IMG/VR virus record: IMGVR_UViG_3300005286_000001
Coordinates: 1-40,149 of that record
Reading direction: 5' to 3' (one strand)
Source of the DNA: a virus
DNA: 40,149 nt
Every line of letters starts with the position of its first letter. Position 1 is the first letter of the stretch. The notes under the pieces are model-generated. The model was given only the letters and a program-made list of their open reading frames with translations. It had not been told where the DNA came from and made no database searches. Positions 33,013 through 40,149 of this stretch are shown in pieces. Position numbers and translations under genes: made by a program.

Positions 33013-33251
33013 GCAACGAAGTCTACAACGACCGTGCACAGAGCCAGTTGCTGGCCCGAGGCATCGAGGACATGGCGCAGCGCATTTCCCGCGCCGCCCA
33101 CCTTGCCCGTGAGCGTGACGCCCGAGACGAGTTCTGCGGCATCGAGGCCTATGCCGACATGGAGCGGGCCAAGCGCGCCCTGCTTCGGGCTCTGGCCGAT
33201 ATCGAGCCGTTCGCTGCCGCCTACAACCAGATGATCGGAGAAGCAGCATGA
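33009..33251 (+). CDS. Hypothetical protein
   Basis: 80 aa, with ATGA overlaps at both ends. Confidence 0.5.
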   Translation: MSNEVYNDRAQSQLLARGIEDMAQRISRAAHLARERDARDEFCGIEAYADMERAKRALLRALADIEPFAAAYNQMIGEAA

Positions 33252-33745
33252 ACGTCATGGACGTTGCGCGCCTTTCTCGCGAGATCGAGGCGCTGATTGC
33301 CGAGTATCCCGAGCTTGCCGACGACGAGCAACTTCGCGCCGACATGCTGGAAGGTGAAACCAGCATCGACGATGTGCTGACACGGATCGTCAGGCGAGAG
33401 CGCGAAGCCCAAGCCTTTGCCGGCGGCATCAAGAGCGAGATGGATGACCTCGCCTCCCGCCTTGTCCGGTACGAGCGACGCGGACAGGCCATGCGAGACC
33501 TCGCCATGCGAGTGCTGAGCGCGGCGGACCTGTCCAAGAAGGAATTGCCCATTGCCACACTCTCTGTGCGGGCCGGGCAGCCGAAGGTGGTCGTCGTCGA
33601 TGAGGACGCGATCCCGGACAGCTATTTCCGCTTCTCTCGCACTCCGGACAAGACCCGCATCAAGGACGCCATCAAGGCCGGCGAGCCCGTTCCCGGCGCC
33701 GTCCTGTCCAATGGCGGGCCGAGCCTGTCGCTGAGGGTGAAGTGA
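33248..33745 (+). CDS. Siphovirus Gp157-like protein (recombination-module accessory)
   Basis: 165 aa with a coiled-coil N-terminus. It lies directly upstream of the Rad52-like annealase, as is usual for this family (from memory). Confidence 0.5.
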   Translation: MNVMDVARLSREIEALIAEYPELADDEQLRADMLEGETSIDDVLTRIVRREREAQAFAGGIKSEMDDLASRLVRYERRGQAMRDLAMRVLSAADLSKKELPIATLSVRAGQPKVVVVDEDAIPDSYFRFSRTPDKTRIKDAIKAGEPVPGAVLSNGGPSLSLRVK

Positions 33746-34458
33746 TGGCTGACATCTTCAGGGCCCTTGCCGCCCCATTCCCACCTGACCGCGTTTCGTG
33801 GCGTGTCGGCTCAACCACCCAAGACAAGTCGCGCGGCATGGCGCTCGCCTACATCGACGCCCGCGACGTGATGGACAGGCTCGACGAGGTTGTCGGGCCC
33901 GGCAACTGGCAGTGCCGCTACCCCCACGCCAACGGCAAGACAGTGTGCGAGATCGGCATCAACGTGGCTGGCGGCATGGCGCAAGTCGTCAACGGCCACG
34001 CATCCACGGTAGAGCGGTGGGTGTGGAAGGCCGACGGAGCGGGCGACACGGACGTTGAAGCGGAGAAGGGCGCCCTCTCGGATGCCTTCAAGCGCGCCGC
34101 TGTCCGGTGGGGCATCGGCCGCTACCTCTACGACCTCGATAGCCCGTGGGTATCCATCAAGCAGGTCGGGCGCTCGTACACCATCGCCGACAACGAACTG
34201 CCTAAGCTGAGGCGGCTGCTGGTCGGCCACGACCTCGACGCCGAGGATGATGCCGCACGCGCCACCGACGAGAAGATCGCCAGCACCATGGTCGAAGCGC
34301 TCGCGCTGGCTAAGACAGTCGGCGACCTGACCGATTGGGCAAACGACCCGAACACCAAGCGCTCCATTGCCGACCTGCCACGTGACCTTGCCGATCAGGT
34401 CCGCGGGGCATGGCAGGATCGTCGCAAGGCTCTGACCGGCGGGAGGGCCGCAGCATGA
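33742..34458 (+). CDS. Rad52/Rad22-family single-strand annealing protein
   Basis: The hallmark SDAFKRAAVRWGIGRYLY is present, and the N-terminus has FPPDRVSWRVG. Confidence 0.8.
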   Translation: MMADIFRALAAPFPPDRVSWRVGSTTQDKSRGMALAYIDARDVMDRLDEVVGPGNWQCRYPHANGKTVCEIGINVAGGMAQVVNGHASTVERWVWKADGAGDTDVEAEKGALSDAFKRAAVRWGIGRYLYDLDSPWVSIKQVGRSYTIADNELPKLRRLLVGHDLDAEDDAARATDEKIASTMVEALALAKTVGDLTDWANDPNTKRSIADLPRDLADQVRGAWQDRRKALTGGRAAA

Positions 34459-34910
34459 GAGGTTTTGCAGCAATCGGCCTCGTGCGCCCGAAGGACACAA
34501 AAAACGTCGGCGGCGTCCTGCGGGCGGCCCACGTCTATGGCGCCAAGATGGTTGCTATTCAGGGCGATAGGACGCCCGTCACCAGCGGCCAGGACACCAC
34601 CAAGGCCTATCGGCACATTCCCGTTCTGCGCGGCGACGACCTATTCGCCATGTGCCCGTATGACGCGGTGCCCATCGGTGTGGACCTCGTTCCGGACGCC
34701 GTCAGTCTGCCGGAATTCAAGCACCCGGATCGCGCCTTCTACATCTTCGGCCCCGAGGACGGAACGCTCGGCAGGCAGCACCTCGACCGGTGTCGACATC
34801 GCGTGTTCGTGCCGACCAACTTCTGCATGAACCTCGCGGCGACGGTCAATGTAGTGCTCTACGACCGGCTCGCGAAGTCGCAGGAGACGCGCCAGGGGGC
34901 TGCCGCATGA
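34455..34910 (+). CDS. SpoU/TrmH-family (SPOUT) RNA 2'-O-methyltransferase
   Basis: Start at the ATG at 34455 (ATGA overlap). Motifs NVGGVLRAAHVYG, YIFGPEDGTLG and VPTNFCMNLAATVNVVLYDR. Confidence 0.75.
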   Translation: MRGFAAIGLVRPKDTKNVGGVLRAAHVYGAKMVAIQGDRTPVTSGQDTTKAYRHIPVLRGDDLFAMCPYDAVPIGVDLVPDAVSLPEFKHPDRAFYIFGPEDGTLGRQHLDRCRHRVFVPTNFCMNLAATVNVVLYDRLAKSQETRQGAAA

Positions 34911-35362
34911 GCAAGGCCCCCGAAACCCGCTCCCGCATCTTCGTGCGCCGTGGAAACGCGCTCGTGCCGGGCGATGTGAAGGCAGCCGAAGCCCTTGCCA
35001 AGATGAAGGAGGGCACAGGCTACCTCGTCAACATCCACCGGCCGCGCAACCTCATCCATCACCGGAAGCTCTTCGCCCTGCTCAACCTCGTGCAGGAGAA
35101 CACGGACAGGTGGCCGACTGTCGAAACGCTCCTCGATGACCTGAAGGTCGCGACCGGGCTTTTCGAGACCCGCATCAATGCGGTGAGCGGTCTCCCCTAC
35201 GTGGTCGCGAAGTCCATCTCGTTCGCCAGCATGACGCAAGACGAATTCGAGGACTGGTTCGACAAGGCCGTCGATATCGTCTGCCGGCAGGTGCTCGACA
35301 TGGACCGCGGCGAGTTGATGGCCGAGATCGAGGACATCCTCATGGGCAGGAGGGCGGCATGA
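34907..35362 (+). CDS. DUF1367-like phage protein
   Basis: Start at the ATG at 34907 (ATGA overlap). HRPRNLIHHRKLFALLNLV resembles the DUF1367 core (from memory). Confidence 0.5.
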   Translation: MSKAPETRSRIFVRRGNALVPGDVKAAEALAKMKEGTGYLVNIHRPRNLIHHRKLFALLNLVQENTDRWPTVETLLDDLKVATGLFETRINAVSGLPYVVAKSISFASMTQDEFEDWFDKAVDIVCRQVLDMDRGELMAEIEDILMGRRAA

Positions 35363-35496
35363 TGTGGGTCGCAGTGATCCCCAGCTCCCTGTGCGTTGTC
35401 GCGGCCGCGTCTATCGCAATTTGCGGAAAGGGCGGCTGGGGATGGTTCTTGTTCGCGGCATTCATTCTGGCCCCGATGTTCTGGGGGCCACAATGA
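35359..35496 (+). CDS. 45-aa hydrophobic peptide (not in the ORF track)
   Basis: MMWVAVIPSSLCVVAAASIAICGKGGWGWFLFAAFILAPMFWGPQ. AGGAGGG SD is present, with ATGA overlaps at both ends. Confidence 0.45.
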   Translation: MMWVAVIPSSLCVVAAASIAICGKGGWGWFLFAAFILAPMFWGPQ

Positions 35497-35856
35497 CCCG
35501 GCGCCGCCTCTCCCGCACGACACGCCTGTCAATCTTCATGGCTGCAGACGGCATTTGCCACATGTGTGGAGGCCGGATCCAGGCCGGTCAGGCGTGGGAT
35601 GTTTCGCACGTGATCCCGCTGGCCCTTGGGGGCGCCGACGACGAGACCAATTGGCGCCCGGCTCACCGCAAATGCCATCGCGATCACACTGCGCAGACGG
35701 ACATTCCGGCGATTGCTCGTGCCAAGCGCCGCGAGGCCAAGCACCTCGGCGCCCATGCTCCCGCGCAACGCATCAAATCCCGTGGCTTCGACCGCGCAGA
35801 ACCGCAGAGACGAGCGACGAGGCCGATTGAGAAATGGGCCGCATGGAGGCCGCATA

Positions 35857-35864
<8 letters not shown>
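35493..35864 (+). CDS. HNH endonuclease
   Basis: CHMCGGRIQAGQAWDVSHVIPLALGGADDETNWRPAHRKCH. Confidence 0.8.
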
Positions 35865-36586
<722 letters not shown>

Positions 36587-36600
<14 letters not shown>

Positions 36601-37033
36601 GCACAACAACCACCTGAAGGCTTCGCAACAACACCGATGGAAGCCGGGTAGCCGTGTCGGGAGCAATGGCTACGTCAAGGTGAGGGTCGGAAAAGGACAC
36701 CCCTTGGCCGATCCGAACGGCTGGGCCTACGAGCATCTTGTGGTCTGGTGCGCTGCAGGCAGTCCGCGTCCGAAGCGCGACGAGATCCTTCATCATCGCA
36801 ATGGGGACAAGACGGACAACCGGATTGCAAATCTGGAGCTGATGAAGCGTCGCGCCCACAACGCGCATCACCTCGCCGAAGATGGCCGCCGGTGCCGAGT
36901 GACAGGGCGGTTGCTCCCCCGCCGCCTCCTCGACGGCCGCGAGCACAACGCCATGCCGGAGGCGCGGGCTGACGTCTACGGCTTCCGGCCCGTCCTCGCG
37001 AACATCGATCAGACGGATCCCACCCATGACTGA
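36587..37033 (+). CDS. HNH homing-type endonuclease
   Basis: YEHLVVW...ILHHRNGDKTDNRIANLELM is an HNH_3 type motif. Confidence 0.75.
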
Positions 37034-37502
37034 CATCGACACGAAAGAGCTGCGGCGGCTGATGGAAGCGGCACGCGAATGCGGGGCTGGCGCCACAACG
37101 CGCGAGTATGCCGACTATCTCATTGCCCTCGATGAGGCAGCCTCCGCCCTCCTCTCCGAAGCAGAGGAGGCAAAAAGACTGAGGGAGGAACTCGCCGCCC
37201 TCCGCGCCGCGCCGGCCGCTGAGCCGGTGTCCGTGAAGCCGCTGGAGTGGGTCGAGGACCACGGTGTATCTGGAATGGGCCCTTACCGCCTGTTCTATGC
37301 GGTCACGCCCTTGGGTCGGTTTGTTTATGGAACGGATGCAATGGGCGATGCCTATTGGCATCCCCCGTCCTCGGGCGTCTACACGGCGGACAGTGAGGAA
37401 TCCGCAAAACGAGCCGCCGAACGCTCCTGGGAGAAATATGCGCTTGCGGAGGCCGGCAAGTTCCTCCGCTTAGCCGCCGTACCCACGGAGGCGGGACGAT
37501 GA
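37026..37502 (+). CDS. Hypothetical protein with a VKPLEW-type domain (paralogue of 31326-31799)
   Basis: 158 aa. It shares a 20-nt exact DNA match with the paralogue (37233-37252 equals 31344-31363). Confidence 0.6.
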   Translation: MTDIDTKELRRLMEAARECGAGATTREYADYLIALDEAASALLSEAEEAKRLREELAALRAAPAAEPVSVKPLEWVEDHGVSGMGPYRLFYAVTPLGRFVYGTDAMGDAYWHPPSSGVYTADSEESAKRAAERSWEKYALAEAGKFLRLAAVPTEAGR

Positions 37503-37765
37503 CGAGGCGCAACAAGCCAGCGCCTGATTTCCGCGACCTCGCCCGCGATATCGCCACAGACAGCATCGTCACGCAGGCGCTCGCTCGGCTCATCGAACAG
37601 ATCGTCGCGGAGATCCACGCCGCCGAAATCGCGCCCATGCGCCGCAGAACAGCACAGATGGAGAACGCGCTGCGCGACGCGCAGAAGAGATTGCGCGGCG
37701 CCGGAATGTTGGGCGGTGACGACGACCCTGTAAATGCCGCCCTGAAGGAGGGACGAGATGAGTGA
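37499..37765 (+). CDS. Hypothetical protein
   Basis: 88-aa ORF with an ATGA overlap. Confidence 0.5.
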   Translation: MTRRNKPAPDFRDLARDIATDSIVTQALARLIEQIVAEIHAAEIAPMRRRTAQMENALRDAQKRLRGAGMLGGDDDPVNAALKEGRDE

Positions 37766-37979
37766 GATCCCGGAAGACGTGATGGAGATGGCGCGTGAGG
37801 TTTTCGTCGAGTTCGACGAGGACGACAGCCGTGCCAGCATCAAGCTTATAGCGAGTGCCATCATGGCCGAGAGGGAGCGGTGCGCCGCGTTTGCCTACGC
37901 CAAATGGGACTGGCCGCCGAGATGGATCGCGGCATCCCTCCGCGGCGAGAACAGCGCATACGAGGAATTCCGCCCATGA
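37758..37979 (+). CDS. Hypothetical acidic protein
   Basis: 73-aa ORF. Confidence 0.5.
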   Translation: MSEIPEDVMEMAREVFVEFDEDDSRASIKLIASAIMAERERCAAFAYAKWDWPPRWIAASLRGENSAYEEFRP

Positions 37980-38641
37980 CCATCACCACCCAGGCAGTGC
38001 GAGAGATAGTTGAGGCGTTTAGCGACCCCGTACTCAACAAGTCGGCGTCAGCAAAAGCGAGGTGGGCCGCTGCCCTTGTTTCCGACATGCTCCTCGCCCT
38101 CGTCGAGGAAAGGGACAGGCTTTATGCGCGACTCGAAATGGTAGAAGCCTACGACGGCGAAGGAAATCGCCTCTCCGTTGCCCCCTACTCCATCCCTGAC
38201 GGGATCGAGGCGCGTGACGCCACCATTCGACTGCTGGACGACCGCGTGAAGGCCCTCACCGCCCGCGCCGAAGCGGCAGAGGCCGAGAGGGATAGACTGG
38301 CGGCGCAAATCGCCTTCTACGAGCAACTGACCGAGACGAGGAACGGAGAGGTCCGGCATCTGACGGAGCGCGTTCAAGCGGCAGAAGCCGAGAGGGACAG
38401 GCTGGCGGAAGCCAACGCGAAGAAGGCCGACGACATCGTGACCCTAGGGCAGTTGGTCGGGAAGGCAGAAGCCCGCGCCGAAGCGGCAGAGGCGGCGCTG
38501 AGGGACCTTCGATCGAGCGTCAAGTTGGTGCGAGACGAGATGCGGTCCGACGCGTCCATAGACACGGAGGACTGGGAGACCGTGCTCGGTGACGCAATCA
38601 CCGACCGCGCCGCCCTCCAAGGGAGAGACGGAGATGGGTGA
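37976..38641 (+). CDS. Coiled-coil protein with three AEAAEAERDRLA-type repeats
   Basis: Start at the ATG at 37976 (ATGA overlap); 221 aa. Confidence 0.55.
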   Translation: MTITTQAVREIVEAFSDPVLNKSASAKARWAAALVSDMLLALVEERDRLYARLEMVEAYDGEGNRLSVAPYSIPDGIEARDATIRLLDDRVKALTARAEAAEAERDRLAAQIAFYEQLTETRNGEVRHLTERVQAAEAERDRLAEANAKKADDIVTLGQLVGKAEARAEAAEAALRDLRSSVKLVRDEMRSDASIDTEDWETVLGDAITDRAALQGRDGDG

Positions 38642-39041
38642 GAGGGGGGTTGACGACGATACGCCCCTGAGGCTTGCGGACGCGGTCGCCATCGCATTCC
38701 CGATGGGCGGCATGACGGTCAGCGGCTTGCGGCGAGAGCGTGACCGTGGAAGGCTTGCCGTGGAAATCATCGCTGGCAAGGAATTCACGACCTTATCGGC
38801 CATCAGGGAGATGAGACAGCAATGCCTCGCGCAGGGAAAGGCCCCCGCCTCTACCTCAGGCCGCCGCAGCGGGGGGCAGCGGGCAGTTCTCCGGTCTGGA
38901 CCATCAGAGACGGGAACCGATTCATCAGCACTGGATGCGGCCCTGATGCGCGCGAAGATGCTGAAAGGGAGCTTGCCCGATACATCTCGGAAAAGCACGA
39001 CCCCAAGCGCGGCGAACGTGGTCTCGCTCAAGTCCCGATAG
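38634..39041 (+). CDS. HTH protein upstream of int (excisionase / recombination directionality factor candidate); 3' extent uncertain
   Basis: The ATG at 38634 gives PLRLADAVAIAFPMGGMTVSGLRRERDRGRLAVEIIAGKEFTT. The reading frame stays open 220 nt into the int gene in another frame. Confidence 0.45.
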   Translation: MGERGVDDDTPLRLADAVAIAFPMGGMTVSGLRRERDRGRLAVEIIAGKEFTTLSAIREMRQQCLAQGKAPASTSGRRSGGQRAVLRSGPSETGTDSSALDAALMRAKMLKGSLPDTSRKSTTPSAANVVSLKSR

Positions 39042-39934
39042 CCGATGTGGTCAACATCTATCTGACGGATGTTGCTCCCCATAAGTCAGAACCGAGGAAA
39101 ATCGCCGCCAGGGCGATCCGGCTATTGGAGTGGTGGGGCGACAAGACATTGGCCGATGTGACCGGCTCTGCGTGCCGGGCCTATGCAGCCCATCGCGGCA
39201 ATGCTGGAGGCGCACGGCGAGACCTGCAGGACCTGTCAGCGGCCATCCGGCACCACCACAAGGAAGGCCTGCACCGCGCTTCCGTGGCCGTCTGGATGCC
39301 ACCGGCGGGCAAGCGGCGCGAGAGGTGGCTGACGAGATCGGAGATCGCTCGTCTGGTCTGGACCGCGTGGAGAATGCGCGAGCAGATGCGGCGCTCCCAT
39401 TCCGACAAGAATGCGGCTCGCCTCCCGACCCGCAAAAGGACCGGAAAGCATATCGCGCGTGCGATCCTGTTCGCCTATTATACGGGATCCCGCATTGGCA
39501 CGGTGCTGACGGCATCTTGGCACGCGGCGGCCGGGCGGTCCTACATCGACATTGACCGAGGCGTGTTCTACCGCCTGCCAGAGGGCAAGCGGGAAACAGC
39601 CAAGCGCCAGCCGCCCGTTCGCCTATCCTCGCGGATGTTGGCACATGTGCGACGCTGGAGGGACAGAAAGCTCTGCGCTTCGCATGTCGTCGAGTGGGAG
39701 GGCAAGCCAGTTCTGTCCATCAAGACAGCCTTCGGCCGGATCGTGGACGCTGCGGGGCTGGGGGACGACGTCTCGCCGCATACGTTGCGGCATTCGCGTG
39801 CTACCCACATGAAGCAGGCAGGCGTCTCCTCATGGGAGGTTGCGGGAGCCCTCGGCATGTCAGAGGCGATGGTGGAGAAGGTCTACGGGCACCACGATCC
39901 CAACCACCTGTCGCGCGCCGTGAACGCAAGGTGA
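38822..39934 (+). CDS. int: Tyrosine recombinase / phage integrase
   Basis: 370 aa. N-terminus GPRLYLRPP...WTIRDGNRFISTGCG. Catalytic region YYTGSRIG ... HTLRHSRATHMKQAG ... VYGHH. Confidence 0.9.
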   Translation: MPRAGKGPRLYLRPPQRGAAGSSPVWTIRDGNRFISTGCGPDAREDAERELARYISEKHDPKRGERGLAQVPIADVVNIYLTDVAPHKSEPRKIAARAIRLLEWWGDKTLADVTGSACRAYAAHRGNAGGARRDLQDLSAAIRHHHKEGLHRASVAVWMPPAGKRRERWLTRSEIARLVWTAWRMREQMRRSHSDKNAARLPTRKRTGKHIARAILFAYYTGSRIGTVLTASWHAAAGRSYIDIDRGVFYRLPEGKRETAKRQPPVRLSSRMLAHVRRWRDRKLCASHVVEWEGKPVLSIKTAFGRIVDAAGLGDDVSPHTLRHSRATHMKQAGVSSWEVAGALGMSEAMVEKVYGHHDPNHLSRAVNAR

Positions 39935-39935
39935 T

Positions 39936-39957
39936 CGTAGCACAGATATAGCACAGA
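39936..39957 (+). repeat. Integrase-proximal copy of the 22-mer CGTAGCACAGATATAGCACAGA
   Basis: Starts 2 nt after the integrase stop codon. This copy lies outside the 110-bp identity block, so it is phage-specific DNA. Confidence 0.5.
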
Positions 39958-40039
39958 AACGTCGTCACCGGACGTGAACAAACCGGAACATATGACAGTG
40001 CCATCGTTGATTTTAAACGGAAATCAGCTGCGATACGGG

Positions 40040-40079
40040 CGTTATGAGCGGCCGGCTCTAACCATTGAGCTACTGGCCC
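40040..40079 (-). pseudogene. Displaced duplicate of the tRNA(CAT) 5' half, with no 3' half following
   Basis: Same 40 nt as 1-40. The sequence continuing 3' of it (CCCGTATCGCAGCTGATTT, reading down from 40039) breaks the anticodon stem at its third position and has no T arm. Confidence 0.7.
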
Positions 40080-40149
40080 ATCAAGGACTTAGGTCACTCG
40101 CCAAGCGCCGTAGCACAGATATAGCACAGATACGGCGGCCGGCCGGGGC
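40040..40149. repeat. attR-type terminal direct repeat (110 bp)
   Basis: Identical to 1-110. Lies 105 bp downstream of the integrase stop codon. Confidence 0.8.

Noticed and set aside
38250-38500. Near-repeats such as GCGGCAGAGGCCGAGAGGGA recurring about 106 bp apart
   Set aside because: They lie in frame inside one coiled-coil gene and encode repeated AEAAEAERDRLA segments. This is an ordinary intragenic repeat, not a regulatory or CRISPR-like array.

Overview
The window is one integrated temperate phage of about 40 kb in GC-rich DNA; the host is probably an alphaproteobacterium (inference from protein families). Positions 1-110 are identical to 40040-40149. This repeat carries the 5' half of a tRNA with anticodon CAT plus 70 bp of its upstream region, on the minus strand. 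I read these as attL and attR.

Layout:
- 238-22652, minus strand: late operon. The order is small leader genes, terS, terL, portal, scaffold, Ig-like decoration protein, major capsid, adaptor, an HNH-AP2 homing endonuclease, a P22 gp10-like hub protein, ejection proteins (one with a lytic transglycosylase motif), two tail fibres, a lysis cassette, and three cargo genes.
- 22653-23368: a 716-bp non-coding leader containing two diverged, collinear modules of about 200 bp.
- 23369-28773, minus strand: regulator and replication module. It holds a primase, an SF2 helicase, a DUF1376-HNH fusion carrying an iteron-rich ori-like patch, a PD-(D/E)XK nuclease and a short protein with an SSB-like tail.
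- 28774-30518: immunity region. It has two divergent XRE-type HTH genes, CTAG-centred operator-like repeats, a structured 460-bp spacer and a convergently transcribed small gene.
- 30519-39934, plus strand: early operon. It holds acidic small proteins, Gp157-like and Rad52-like recombination genes, a SPOUT methyltransferase, DUF1367, two HNH genes, Gp37/Gp68, an xis-like HTH gene and a tyrosine integrase.

No rRNA gene, CRISPR array, transposase, reverse transcriptase or recognisable known defence system was seen.

The most unusual items are the 5'-half polarity of the tRNA att site, the tandem structured modules in the late leader, the ori-like patch, the antisense two-membrane-protein insert in the virion operon, and the nucleotide-hydrolase cargo at the left end.

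All family assignments come from motifs read by eye and from memory. No database search was run.
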